Source: Patescibacteria group bacterium (GTDB lineage: Bacteria > Patescibacteriota > Patescibacteriia > UM-FILTER-42-10). From it: DNA of 64,000 nt. Positions within the stretch are counted from its first letter, which is position 1; every line of letters starts with the position of its first letter. Made by a program: the position numbers and the translations under genes. Under the pieces are notes generated by a model. That model was not told where the DNA came from. It did not search any database and was given only the letters and a program-made list of their open reading frames with translations. The DNA is taken from contig JBAYGW010000002.1 in NCBI GenBank assembly GCA_041666485.1, positions 7,711-71,710 of the forward strand, written 5' to 3'. Below are positions 1-10,241 of the stretch, piece after piece.

Positions 1-879
1 AAGCACAAATTTAATCTCATTAATTATTGAGCTGACAATAAATTCAATCGTCCGTGGTATCTGACCCTGTGAAGAATCACCCGCTGCTGATATGCCGAAA
101 TCCCTTTTAAACTGCTCAGCACGATCCAGATTTACATTAAGGCTATTTGCTATGGCCTTAGTGATCGTGTTACCGCCGATATCAACACTCCGGTTCAATA
201 TCGGAATACCGTCAACAATAACACTGATATCACAGGCAATAGCCCCAATATCAACAATCATAGTCGCCGACCGATCATTACCGATCAGAGAGCGTTCCAA
301 GGCGAATGATTCAGTCTCCAAACTCACCAATTGGAGGTTCGCCTGCTTAAATATATCAACATACCTTTTTACTAGTGTCTTTGGTGCCGCTGTAAGCAAT
401 ATTCTGATATTTTTTGATCCACCGGTCGGTTGAGCAGTGTTAATCCTTTTATCATTGACTTCGTCCTCTTTTGCTCCCTTATCTTCCTTCTTGTCGGAAT
501 TCAACACCTTCCAATCCAGAATCATTTCTTCCAGAGGCATTGGAACGAATTTTTTTGCTTCCCAGCGAACCGCGGCAACTAAGTCCTTTTTTGACATTGA
601 TGGCAGACTGATGATTGAACTGAAAACCGCAAAACTGGGTAATGCTGCGACTGCTTTCATGGTAGTGACTTTTGCCTGGGAAATGATAGCTTTCAAAGCC
701 GCCACAATCTCCTTTTGAGCTTCCTGAGAATCACTTTTAATCACGTCCGTTGACTGCTCAGCAAAACCGTAGGTTATTAGTTTCGGCCTTCCTTTTTCGT
801 TCTCTAACTCAACAACTTTGATACTGGATGTCCCCAAATCAATTCCGATGAAACTTTTTTTTGAGCTGAATAATGCCAT
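1..879 (-). CDS. pilM: Type IV pilus assembly protein PilM (partial, runs off left edge)
   Basis: Not in the ORF track. Manual translation from ATG at 879 gives MALFSSKKSFIGIDLGTSSIKVVELENEKGRPKLITYGFAE, with the actin-like GIDLGTSSIKVVEL motif; later sequence reads IVDIGAIACDISVI. Confidence 0.9.
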   Translation of the reverse strand, partial: MALFSSKKSFIGIDLGTSSIKVVELENEKGRPKLITYGFAEQSTDVIKSDSQEAQKEIVAALKAIISQAKVTTMKAVAALPSFAVFSSIISLPSMSKKDLVAAVRWEAKKFVPMPLEEMILDWKVLNSDKKEDKGAKEDEVNDKRINTAQPTGGSKNIRILLTAAPKTLVKRYVDIFKQANLQLVSLETESFALERSLIGNDRSATMIVDIGAIACDISVIVDGIPILNRSVDIGGNTITKAIANSLNVNLDRAEQFKRDFGISAAGDSSQGQIPRTIEFIVSSIINEIKFVL

Positions 880-918
880 AGGTTTATTTTTATATTTTAC
901 TGTATTTTTTGATTTTGT

Positions 919-3147
919 TTAAGGGGTGATCTCTATTGGTGCTACCTCACGCACAACCGGCAACGCTTCAGCAAAATCTCCGATCCCCGGAGGAGTGTTA
1001 ATTATTATTCTACCGTCATAGAAAATGCGCTCCGCTGCCTGAATATCTTCTACAGTACCAATCCCTGATCGCTGTAAAAATAGCTCGTGCGCAATTACTA
1101 ATCCGCTGATCACCAAATTTTCATCCCCGGCACCGGTATAAAACTCTCCAGTTCCGCCAACTAGTGATCCGCCGGTAGCCTCGCCTACAACTACAAAATT
1201 TCCTGCTACTTTGGAAACATTCGGGTTGATATGTACACTACCTTTAACAATCCATACTACTGAAGGGATATCTTTCAGTTCAGTATCAGCAGCATCAGTT
1301 GGTTGATACGTAATATTTTGTTCAATATACATATCACCGTCCACAACCACCGTGCCTGACGCAGTTTCATTCTGCACTTCAAGTCCGCTTTGAATTTCCG
1401 TCGCGAGATCTACGGTAAGATCGCCCTGGATATGATATACCTTTCCTTGCAACTGAGACAGCCCATTTAACCACAAATTCTGTCCAAGAGTGCCGCCGGG
1501 ATACACCTCTACGACATTACCAAACTTATTTCTGAAGTCACCCGGTAATACTTCCACACGACTGGTAATTCCGTCCAAATCCAGCTTGCCCATGACATTC
1601 GTGTATTTATTGGTGGCTAGCGGCGGTACTAGCGGGTCATATCCCGGTCGTAAATAGTCGGAACCGCTTTCGCTGGTATATCTTTGGATTGCACCGCCCG
1701 TTTGTATTAAAAAGGTGGAATTATAGAAAAGTCCGGCGGTTAAAGGGCTTGTCGGCAGGTTAAATATTTCTCCAGAACCCACTCCTTCCTTTGAATAAAC
1801 ATCTCCCTGCACTGTCTGTAAAAATGGCGCCACGTAGGTCGGCGGTAATTGACTTACACCGGTATAGTCGCTGAAGGATATCCACCCTAAACCTACAGAT
1901 TCATTATAGCACGTTAATCCGATACATTCTGTTCCTCCGCCCGACCAACCATCACCGTCAAACTCCCCCGTATCTATGCTCATTGAAACCCCGTAATCAA
2001 CCGTATCATCATCTGTTGCGTGCATTTTAACCCATCCCCAGTTTTCAAAATGGCCCTTTGCCCCCTCTTTTTGTAAAGAAATGAGTCGCGCCCAGCCCAC
2101 AACATCGCCTAATTGATAATTCCCGTTTGAATCAGCGGCAGCAGTCGCGCTGTCCAGAAATACTTTTGCCGAATAGTCAGGACTTTCAGGATAAGGATTT
2201 GGGTCAAAATCTATCCATCCGATCGGGTTGCCATCAGAAGATTCACCGATCCAAGCATAGCCTGATACATTACCCGAGACAGAATCAACAGATACTTTAA
2301 AATCAGATGTCGCACAAACATTAGCTCCTCCCGCCCCGGCGGTGTTACAGTTCAAGGCAATCCAACCGATATTAGTATCATACAAAACATCCAGTTTGTC
2401 AGTATTACCGATCCAGGCATAACCCTCCAGAGCACCACTGGCCAGATTTACGTCAGTATCAACTGGATCAAATGAAATCCAGCCCAAACCGGTAGTAACA
2501 TTTTCATATGTGCTTGGCGGCAACTGATCATTTGCCAGATGTCCGCCAGCCCAGGCATAGCCTGATACATTATTAGTGGCAAAATCAATGTTTACACCGA
2601 ACTGACGGTTAGTACTCGGCGCCGGTCCCAGCAAAATCCAACCCCAATCCTCATAACCCAAATATTCTCCCGCTTCTTTGATTGATTTTATCCGCGCCCA
2701 ACCGGAAACCTGCCCGGCATAGGGAGATCCGACCGGTTCTACTCTTGCGGAATAATACGGCTGACCCGGAAATGGCTGTGGTGCAAAATCCAACCAACCC
2801 ACGCCCGTAACCGCACCGGAATCATCCAGTATCCCGTTCCAGCTGTAGCCTGTAATATCACCAGACACAGGATCAACGCGTACGCCGTAACGCGTTCCGC
2901 ACCGGCTTTCCATATCCGTTGTGAAATAGTTATAACAGTTGTTGCTGAACCAGCCAATATGGGTAAACTCGGGAGTGTCAATATTCTCTGTTCCGATACC
3001 TGACCAATTCCATCCCGAAACATTTGTTTCATCCCAAGCCGGCTGCGCAGCGACAACTCTATTTATGTTAAAGACCGCCAGAAAAACAAACACCGAAAAA
3101 ATTACGACTGAACTTAATATTATTAATTTTTTTTTGTGTTTTTGCAT
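919..3147 (-). CDS. Secreted pilus-locus protein with internal Trp/Gly-rich repeats
   Basis: N-terminal TM/signal segment, duplicated GY(S/A)W...GW(L/I)DF.P.P.P..P.YSA...V.GWAR...WGW blocks, and a beta-rich C-terminus (GTVVVDGDMYIEQNI). Lies directly upstream of pilM. Confidence 0.65.
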   Translation of the reverse strand: MQKHKKKLIILSSVVIFSVFVFLAVFNINRVVAAQPAWDETNVSGWNWSGIGTENIDTPEFTHIGWFSNNCYNYFTTDMESRCGTRYGVRVDPVSGDITGYSWNGILDDSGAVTGVGWLDFAPQPFPGQPYYSARVEPVGSPYAGQVSGWARIKSIKEAGEYLGYEDWGWILLGPAPSTNRQFGVNIDFATNNVSGYAWAGGHLANDQLPPSTYENVTTGLGWISFDPVDTDVNLASGALEGYAWIGNTDKLDVLYDTNIGWIALNCNTAGAGGANVCATSDFKVSVDSVSGNVSGYAWIGESSDGNPIGWIDFDPNPYPESPDYSAKVFLDSATAAADSNGNYQLGDVVGWARLISLQKEGAKGHFENWGWVKMHATDDDTVDYGVSMSIDTGEFDGDGWSGGGTECIGLTCYNESVGLGWISFSDYTGVSQLPPTYVAPFLQTVQGDVYSKEGVGSGEIFNLPTSPLTAGLFYNSTFLIQTGGAIQRYTSESGSDYLRPGYDPLVPPLATNKYTNVMGKLDLDGITSRVEVLPGDFRNKFGNVVEVYPGGTLGQNLWLNGLSQLQGKVYHIQGDLTVDLATEIQSGLEVQNETASGTVVVDGDMYIEQNITYQPTDAADTELKDIPSVVWIVKGSVHINPNVSKVAGNFVVVGEATGGSLVGGTGEFYTGAGDENLVISGLVIAHELFLQRSGIGTVEDIQAAERIFYDGRIIINTPPGIGDFAEALPVVREVAPIEITP

Positions 3148-3175
3148 AACTTATTAACCGCTTAAACAGGTGGGA

Positions 3176-4645
3176 CTATATTGATACCGATTTCCATCCT
3201 GTATCATCACATACATATAATTTGTTACCTGTCGCGTCCAGTACCATCCTGCCTACTTCATCCGCAACATCACAATCACCGGCGGCAGGTGCTGCGGTTA
3301 TTGAATCTATCTGTAAATATGCCGGGCTGGCATCTTCATTATCAACCCGAAGACTACCTCTTACCCTTAATGCATCAGTCAGACTGGTTGTTCCGATTCC
3401 CACATTTGATCCGAAGGTGGTAGTCAGATCTCCCGTGACGTGTACATCGCCGGAGAAATACCCCGCGTAACTCACCCCACCGTTTACTTCCGCGCCTTCA
3501 GTGGCGTAAAGACCGTAAGTATTAATATGTTCAATTGGAGAATCTGCGCTAGCCGTTCCCGCTTTTGCATATACACCATATGTATCAACATAGCCATGAG
3601 ACAGATTCGTATCCGCGCTTTCACCTAACACGCCCGCTGATTTAGCATGATTAAAAATACCTGTGCCAAATATAACCGCACTCTTCCCTTTCAATCCCGG
3701 CGCAAAATAATCTGTACTGTTAATGCTATAACCGGAATTAAACCCGGCGGTACCGGCCCTGCTACTGCTACTTGTTACGCCCCTCACTCCGTAGGTGCCG
3801 GCTAATCCATCACCCTCCACACCAGCGCGCCAAGAACTGCCTGAGTTGACTCCGTAAATAGTTGACTCTGTACCATTACTAAATGCCTCTATCCCCCGAA
3901 TCGTTGTCACGGGGGATGTAGGTGTGCCGACATAGAGCGTGGCATTAGCGTCAGGAATTGTGGCTGATCCGATAATCATTCTACCATTTGCAATACTGGC
4001 ATCTCCATTATCAACATCCAGGGCATAAGTCGGTGCGGGAGTGCCGATACCCACTCTGTTATTTGTCGCATCAACGGCTAAGGTATATGAATCAATATTT
4101 ATTCCGCCCAGAGCTGTAATATTTCTTCCGGCCCAAAAATCTCCAATATGATTTATTGAACCCACTACTGTTGAAGCACCACTCTCTCCTTTAATAAAAT
4201 TGAATGTATGACTAGTGCTGTTGAAAGCTATTCCAACATTATTTGGAGAATTTTCAAAATGAATCCCATTAACAAATTCATCCGTTGTATTTGATTTCAG
4301 CCATATTTTATTCCAAGCGATTGATGATGCATATGTTCCGCTCCCAAGAGAATAGCTGCTATCCGAACCGGGGACAATACTTCCTTCAGAAAAAGTATCT
4401 CCTTCAACATATAGCTGGTACGCTCCCGGGGAGGCGGCACTGCCCAGCCGCAGACTGCCGATTTTGTATTGTTCAGCCGCTGAGATATTGATCGGTGCGG
4501 CAATATCCCCTGCCGGCGGAGTGCTGGAAGGAGCAGTCCAGGCTGCCAGGACGATGTTAACACCCATGCCAACAATTGCGCTGATAACCACAACGCTTAA
4601 ACTAACAATTGCTGTTCTGTTAAATTTATGAAACATTTTTTTCAT
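3176..4645 (-). CDS. Secreted fibre/adhesin-like protein (paralogue 1)
   Basis: Signal peptide ending VLAA, then WTAPSSTPP..PIN.S...Q.K.G motif, VGIGT repeats and YAGYFSGDV. Confidence 0.6.
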   Translation of the reverse strand: MKKMFHKFNRTAIVSLSVVVISAIVGMGVNIVLAAWTAPSSTPPAGDIAAPINISAAEQYKIGSLRLGSAASPGAYQLYVEGDTFSEGSIVPGSDSSYSLGSGTYASSIAWNKIWLKSNTTDEFVNGIHFENSPNNVGIAFNSTSHTFNFIKGESGASTVVGSINHIGDFWAGRNITALGGINIDSYTLAVDATNNRVGIGTPAPTYALDVDNGDASIANGRMIIGSATIPDANATLYVGTPTSPVTTIRGIEAFSNGTESTIYGVNSGSSWRAGVEGDGLAGTYGVRGVTSSSSRAGTAGFNSGYSINSTDYFAPGLKGKSAVIFGTGIFNHAKSAGVLGESADTNLSHGYVDTYGVYAKAGTASADSPIEHINTYGLYATEGAEVNGGVSYAGYFSGDVHVTGDLTTTFGSNVGIGTTSLTDALRVRGSLRVDNEDASPAYLQIDSITAAPAAGDCDVADEVGRMVLDATGNKLYVCDDTGWKSVSI

Positions 4646-4677
4646 TGTTATGTATGATTTTTAGTTGAGGCATTTAA

Positions 4678-6354
4678 TTAAGGAATAAACTCACCCTCCC
4701 CGGGATCTGAAGGCCATATATGCCCTCCCCCAATAGGAGGTAGTGGTGGTTCTAAACAAGTCACGGTGGTTAAATCATATCCGATATTTACCCAGCGATA
4801 ATTCATACGAACCATTATTGCTGTATAACGTTGTGTGTCACTAGCACACCATGAACAGGTAAACATAGTTCCTTCGGCATATACTGCCGGTGTGACATTG
4901 CAACCGCTTGACTCAGTACTCAAATACGGAAATCCGCCATCCATATACATTTTCCCTATGTACTCAATACCTCCACCCGCAGAAATATCATCCCTAAGCC
5001 ATATGTCACTATTTGTTCCGGTCAGATTAATATCACTGTCCGTACCGGCAAGGTTCAGATTACTAAAACCATTTATATCTGATTCTGCGGTTAGTGTGTT
5101 ATAAGCTTTTAGTTTAGACGTTACGGATAGATCTCCGTTCATTTGCACAAAACCATCAAACCACCCCGCATATGTATTACCGCCAATTTCATTTCCAACC
5201 CCCATTATTCCAACCGACTGACCATTGCCCGGATCACCCGCTTTACCAAAAACGCCAAAGTTCCATCCGGTGCCTGTGCCAGAATAAGTTACAGTTCCAC
5301 TTTCACCATATATTGCTGCTGCCGTCTCTGTCTGTGCGCCATAATCAACACCTGTACTATTACTACCTGCCAAACCATAGATTGTTGATGTATTATCCGA
5401 ACCAATCACATGCAATCTTGTTTTTGGATTGACCGTACTAACACCCACTTTATTCGTTAATGACCGAACAACTAATGTACTACCATCAACTACGAAATCA
5501 CTATTACCCCCTGTGCTGGAAATAATATCAACTGACCCTTCAAACAACCCTGCTCGTGTTGTACCGGACGCGTCAAAGTGTGGATCAAGTAAATCTTCAG
5601 TATTATCAAAACCCGCAACACCATACAGCCCCCTACCCACTAACCCATAGGCATTATTCCTCCCTCTTGCATATAAACCCCCATCCAATTCCGTCCATTC
5701 ATCCCTTTTTGCGTCAGCCAATACGCCGTACCCGGTCAGACTCCCGGAAGATACCCCATAACGGTAACCGGATCCGAAGACACCGGTTCCTCCCGAAGCG
5801 TCATTTATTCCTTGGATAGTCGCAAGAGCTATAGAATCATTTTCAACATCTATCCCCGGCTCATCTTCTGCTTTGACTGTCACAAATCCTTTAACGACAG
5901 AAGTGTTTATAAGGACGGAATCTCCCGGACCATCAACATATAGGACATTTAGCAATCCGTCGTGAACATCAAGTTTTGTACCAACAATTGCGCTACCAAT
6001 AGATGCTGACCATGTATCCAGACTGCCAGTAACATTCAAATCAGCCTCCATGCCGATATCACCCCCTAAATAAGAACTGCCCATTACATAAAATTTCTCG
6101 CCGGAAGCGACACCAGAGGCAACGCGTAGAACGCCTTCCTGAGTCGCCACATTCAGCCCGCCTATTTTTTCCTGTCCTGACAGCGAAGTATTCAGGGGTG
6201 GTTCCAGATCACCTAAGTTAGGAGCGACAGCCGTCGGATCTTGCCATGTGGCGGCAACTACGATATTTACACTAAGCCCCACAAAAAAACTCGTCAGGAT
6301 AAAAGAAATACTGATAATTGCTGTTTTGTTTAACTGTCTAAGTGCTTTTTTCAT
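4678..6354 (-). CDS. Secreted fibre/adhesin-like protein (paralogue 2)
   Basis: Signal peptide, WQDPTAVAP..LEPPLNTS...QEKIGGL motif, Gly-rich beta repeats, Cys-containing C-terminus (YAEGTMFTCSWC). ATG at 6354. Confidence 0.6.
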   Translation of the reverse strand: MKKALRQLNKTAIISISFILTSFFVGLSVNIVVAATWQDPTAVAPNLGDLEPPLNTSLSGQEKIGGLNVATQEGVLRVASGVASGEKFYVMGSSYLGGDIGMEADLNVTGSLDTWSASIGSAIVGTKLDVHDGLLNVLYVDGPGDSVLINTSVVKGFVTVKAEDEPGIDVENDSIALATIQGINDASGGTGVFGSGYRYGVSSGSLTGYGVLADAKRDEWTELDGGLYARGRNNAYGLVGRGLYGVAGFDNTEDLLDPHFDASGTTRAGLFEGSVDIISSTGGNSDFVVDGSTLVVRSLTNKVGVSTVNPKTRLHVIGSDNTSTIYGLAGSNSTGVDYGAQTETAAAIYGESGTVTYSGTGTGWNFGVFGKAGDPGNGQSVGIMGVGNEIGGNTYAGWFDGFVQMNGDLSVTSKLKAYNTLTAESDINGFSNLNLAGTDSDINLTGTNSDIWLRDDISAGGGIEYIGKMYMDGGFPYLSTESSGCNVTPAVYAEGTMFTCSWCASDTQRYTAIMVRMNYRWVNIGYDLTTVTCLEPPLPPIGGGHIWPSDPGEGEFIP

Positions 6355-6365
6355 CAAATCTTCCC

Positions 6366-8030
6366 CTATGGTTGCATATTAGGAAGCTCGGGATTATAAG
6401 GATCACCACCACAAAGCGCGCCTTTGGAATATCCGATATTAATCCACTTTCCGTTCAGTCTCGCCATTACCGCGTGAATACGCTGAGTTGTCAGACTGGG
6501 GCACCAATAACAGACAAACATTGTCCCTTCAGCATAGTACGTAGGCGCAACATTGCATTCCGCCGCGACCCCCCCCTCCATCGCCGGAAGCCCGCCGGTC
6601 ATAATCAGTTTTCCGTTATAAGTGATATCACCGCCCGCCGAAATATCACCGGTCAATGTGATATCACTGTCAGCGCTGGTCATAATAATATCACTACCTG
6701 TACCGGCTAAATTCAAGTCACCATAGCCATAAATGTTACCATCAACATCAAGAATATCACCGATCTCCACAGGACCTACTACTGAAAGTTGGCCATCTAT
6801 TTTTACGTCTCCATCAAAAAACCCGGCATATGAATTTACAGCTCCATTGAAATCCATACCCAAGATTCCCGCCGTCTTACCAGTTCCAGGGTTACCTGCT
6901 TTTCCATAGACACCAAAATTCCAACCTACCCCAGCAACACTATATGTTACTGTCCCGCCCTCACCATATACTCCTGCTACTGTATGTGTTGGATCACTAT
7001 AATCTGGCAATAAAGAATTTATTCCCGCCTGAGCATATATAGCAGATTGATTATCTGTTCCTAACACATGAAGTTTTACCGACGGATTGGTAGTCCCAAT
7101 CCCCACCCCATCAGTAGAAGAATTGACAACAAAAGTGTTAGTATCAACAGTGAAGTCGGCATTTCCACCTGAGCTCGGCACTATCTCTACTGATCCTTGA
7201 AATAGTGCCGCCAATGTTCCATCAGGACCATTTATAACTGGGTTATAAACATCTTCAGTATTATCTAATCCAACAACGCCATACAGCCCTCTTCCGACAG
7301 CTCCATACTTTTCATTTCCACCACGAGCGTAAAGACCTCCTATCCCGGTAAGGCTCGCGTCTGCCAGTACGCCATAACCATTTAGTGAAACACCCCATAC
7401 ACCAAATTGATCAGCATAACCATAGATTCCCGTTCCACCGACTGTGGAAATATTTGTTGCTTGAACAGCTGCCATTGTGGCTGAATTATTTTCCGAATAG
7501 ATTCCTGATCTGTCTCCGGTGGTAATACTCAACTTGCCCAGATCATTTGTTGAATTTATAAATACTGTATCTGTAACACTGTCTACTCTAAGTAATCCGC
7601 TTCGGACATTTAAATCATCAGTTATGGTTGCAATACCGGATACTAATAAATCTGACATTGTTATAGCACCAGAAACAGACTCGTTTCCAATGACATTAAC
7701 ATTTCCGTTTAATAATGTAGTGCCTTCAACATAAAGTTTATTACTACCCGCTGTGCTTGAAGAACCAACGACCAGCGCACCATCCTGAGTCGCCACATAG
7801 AGGCCTCCCTTCTTTGTCTGAGTAGAGGTGGATGTATTGATTGGCGGCTCTAATTCTGAAGGAAAATTCGGTGGTGTAACGGTTGGGTTCTGCCAAACAG
7901 CTGAAAATACGTATTTCGGTGCTAATATTCCTCCAAATATTGAAAAAATTCCAATAATCAAGCAAAAAACAGCCACCTTACTTACCTTCAGGGAAGCTGT
8001 TTTCATTATTTTAATGGTTTTTATCTTCAT
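6366..8030 (-). CDS. Secreted fibre/adhesin-like protein (paralogue 3)
   Basis: Colinear with 4678..6354: shares GGLYARG, GRGLYGV.G.DNTED, GWNFGV.GKAG.PG and YAEGTMF.C.WC. Confidence 0.6.
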   Translation of the reverse strand: MKIKTIKIMKTASLKVSKVAVFCLIIGIFSIFGGILAPKYVFSAVWQNPTVTPPNFPSELEPPINTSTSTQTKKGGLYVATQDGALVVGSSSTAGSNKLYVEGTTLLNGNVNVIGNESVSGAITMSDLLVSGIATITDDLNVRSGLLRVDSVTDTVFINSTNDLGKLSITTGDRSGIYSENNSATMAAVQATNISTVGGTGIYGYADQFGVWGVSLNGYGVLADASLTGIGGLYARGGNEKYGAVGRGLYGVVGLDNTEDVYNPVINGPDGTLAALFQGSVEIVPSSGGNADFTVDTNTFVVNSSTDGVGIGTTNPSVKLHVLGTDNQSAIYAQAGINSLLPDYSDPTHTVAGVYGEGGTVTYSVAGVGWNFGVYGKAGNPGTGKTAGILGMDFNGAVNSYAGFFDGDVKIDGQLSVVGPVEIGDILDVDGNIYGYGDLNLAGTGSDIIMTSADSDITLTGDISAGGDITYNGKLIMTGGLPAMEGGVAAECNVAPTYYAEGTMFVCYWCPSLTTQRIHAVMARLNGKWINIGYSKGALCGGDPYNPELPNMQP

Positions 8031-8080
8031 TTTTGTTTAATTCAAGTAGAAAACTTCGTAAATAGCGACTTAACTACTCT

Positions 8081-8110
8081 TTGACAAAAGGTCTTATAAC
8101 ATTATATAAT
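8081..8110 (+). promoter_or_regulatory. sigma70-type promoter for the 8165-lemA-htpX-clpC genes
   Basis: TTGACA (8081-8086), 18-nt spacer, TATAAT (8105-8110) in a divergent intergenic region. Confidence 0.55.
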
Positions 8111-8164
8111 ATAATCTGAAATAAGCCAAGTATATATTCAATATTTTACCACAAGTAAAAAGAA

Positions 8165-8689
8165 ATGTCAATAACAAAAAACCGTCAGTCAAACGATTCT
8201 AATATCCAGAAGAACATGGGTGTTGCCATTGTTGTAATAACAATCTGTGCAGGGATAGTTGCTATGGCAATTGGCTACCATTGGGGTTATTACAAAGGAA
8301 CACAAAAAAATCAAGAAAATGGCTCAATTATGGCTAATAATACGCTAAATGATGAATTTGGTAATGTTACCCTTTGCCAGGGTAAGGTAGTCAGTATTGA
8401 GGGTAATAAGCTCCTTATTACGGCAAAAGTGGATGAAAACGGAGAAAAAGTTGAAAAAACTGTCACAGTAAACACGACCGATAATACAACCTACCGTAAA
8501 GTTGACATATCAGTCCCCCCGATTGACCCTGAAGAGCTGGAAAACGGAGTGGAAAATTCGCGTGAAACGGCAATTGAGTTGAAAGATGTTCAAATCGGGG
8601 ATAATATTATTGCGGAGGCCAGTGAAAATATATATGGAAAAACTAGTTTTCAAACATATCAAGTAACCGTTCTTTCAATAGGTAATTAA
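8165..8689 (+). CDS. Membrane-anchored hypothetical protein (OB-fold/DUF5666-like)
   Basis: Single N-terminal TM helix; GKVVSIEGNKLLI...V.T...T...LKDVQIGDNI pattern. Confidence 0.55.
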   Translation: MSITKNRQSNDSNIQKNMGVAIVVITICAGIVAMAIGYHWGYYKGTQKNQENGSIMANNTLNDEFGNVTLCQGKVVSIEGNKLLITAKVDENGEKVEKTVTVNTTDNTTYRKVDISVPPIDPEELENGVENSRETAIELKDVQIGDNIIAEASENIYGKTSFQTYQVTVLSIGN

Positions 8690-8710
8690 TAATAAAAGAA
8701 AGGAATTTCC

Positions 8711-9268
8711 ATGGATACATTATTATGGGTCGTCGTGGGGTTGGTTGCCATAGTTGGTCTATGGTTCATTGCCACCTACAATGGACTCATCCGGTTAAAG
8801 AACAGGACTGACGAAGCTTGGTCCGATATTGACGTACAATTAAAACGCCGATACGATTTAATACCCAATCTTGTTGAAACAGTAAAAGGTTACGCAACAC
8901 ATGAACGTGAACTCTTTGAGAAAGTGACACAAGCTCGCAGTAATGCTATGCAGGCAACTACTCCGGAAACACAGGCTAAAGCTGAAAATATGTTGGCCGG
9001 TACATTGAAATCGCTTTTTGCCGTCGCAGAGAATTATCCGGACTTAAAGGCCAATCAGAATTTTGCAAAACTGCAGGATGAATTGTCCGACACTGAAAAT
9101 AAGATTCAGGCTTCCAGAAGATTCTACAATGGAAACGTACGCGACTTCAACACCAAGATTCAGGTCTTCCCCACCAATATGGTCGGCAATATGCTCGGTT
9201 TCAAACAAAGAGAATTCTTTGAGATTGAAGACGCGACACAGAAAGAAAATGTTGCTGTAAAATTCTAA
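8711..9268 (+). CDS. lemA: LemA family protein
   Basis: YNGLIRLKN..DEAWSDIDVQLKRRYDLIPNLVETVKGYA, AVAENYPDLKANQNF and RRFYN motifs. Confidence 0.97.
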   Translation: MDTLLWVVVGLVAIVGLWFIATYNGLIRLKNRTDEAWSDIDVQLKRRYDLIPNLVETVKGYATHERELFEKVTQARSNAMQATTPETQAKAENMLAGTLKSLFAVAENYPDLKANQNFAKLQDELSDTENKIQASRRFYNGNVRDFNTKIQVFPTNMVGNMLGFKQREFFEIEDATQKENVAVKF

Positions 9269-9288
9269 TCTTTATTCTAATTAAGAAC

Positions 9289-9315
9289 GAAGCGCGGAAT
9301 TATCATCCGCGCTTC
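9289..9315 (+). terminator. Stem-loop between lemA and htpX
   Basis: GAAGCGCGGA / TCCGCGCTTC perfect 10-bp inverted repeat. No clear U-tract, so it may be a stability or processing hairpin. Confidence 0.4.
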
Positions 9316-9330
9316 AATTGCCTATAAAAA

Positions 9331-10227
9331 ATGTATAACCAAATTGATTCAAATAAAAGAAAGTCTATCACACTGATTATTCTTTTTGTTGTAATAGTTG
9401 CATTGATCGGTTGGGCATTTGGCGCAATGACTGATTTGGGGTATACCGGTTTAATCTTTGCGATAATTTTCGCGGTGTCAACTTCAATGTACGGTTACTA
9501 TTCGGGGGACAAGGTTGCATTATGGACTTCCGGGGCAAGGCAGATTACCAGTGAGGAAAATCCCTACGTTTATCGCATGGTTGAAAATCTGAGCATTACC
9601 GCTGGCATACCGGTACCGAAGGTTCACATCATCACTGACAGCACAATTAATGCATTTGCCACGGGTCGGGATCCGGAACATGCCTCAATTGCCGTCACCA
9701 CCGGCGCGGTTGAAAAGCTGGAAAACGAAGAACTGGAAGGAGTGCTGGCTCATGAGCTGTCGCATATCAAAAACTACGACATCCGTTTAATGACTCTGGT
9801 AATTATTTGTGTAGGGATTATCGCTTTGTTGTCTAACTGGTTTTTCCGTATCAGCTTTTTCGGTGGAAGAAAAAGTTCACGTGAAGGAGGAGGACAGATA
9901 CAATTAGTTATCATGGTAATTGGGATCATCTTACTGATTTTTGCACCGATTATCGCGCAATTGATTAAACTGGCTGTATCCAGAAAAAGAGAATTCCTTG
10001 CTGACGCCTCCGGAGCACTATTAACCAGATACCCGGCAGGTCTCGCAAATGCGCTGGAAAAAATTGAAAATCAAAACGTAGAACCAATGTTGCGGGCGAA
10101 TAATTCAACCGCTCACCTTTTCATTTCTAATCCGTTCGGTCAAAGAGCACGTAAAGGTTTGGCAAAACTATTCCTAACCCATCCTCCGATTGAAGAAAGG
10201 GTTACAGCACTTCGTGCAATGGCATAA
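9331..10227 (+). CDS. htpX: HtpX-like M48 zinc metalloprotease
   Basis: NAFATG, HELSH (HExxH), SRKREFLADA and THPP motifs; follows lemA as is typical. Confidence 0.95.
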   Translation: MYNQIDSNKRKSITLIILFVVIVALIGWAFGAMTDLGYTGLIFAIIFAVSTSMYGYYSGDKVALWTSGARQITSEENPYVYRMVENLSITAGIPVPKVHIITDSTINAFATGRDPEHASIAVTTGAVEKLENEELEGVLAHELSHIKNYDIRLMTLVIICVGIIALLSNWFFRISFFGGRKSSREGGGQIQLVIMVIGIILLIFAPIIAQLIKLAVSRKREFLADASGALLTRYPAGLANALEKIENQNVEPMLRANNSTAHLFISNPFGQRARKGLAKLFLTHPPIEERVTALRAMA

Positions 10228-10241
10228 TCAATTATATTTCT

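Noticed and set aside
92-718. Plus-strand ORFs 92..433 and 437..718
   Set aside because: They are antisense to pilM, which the track missed because it runs off the window edge.
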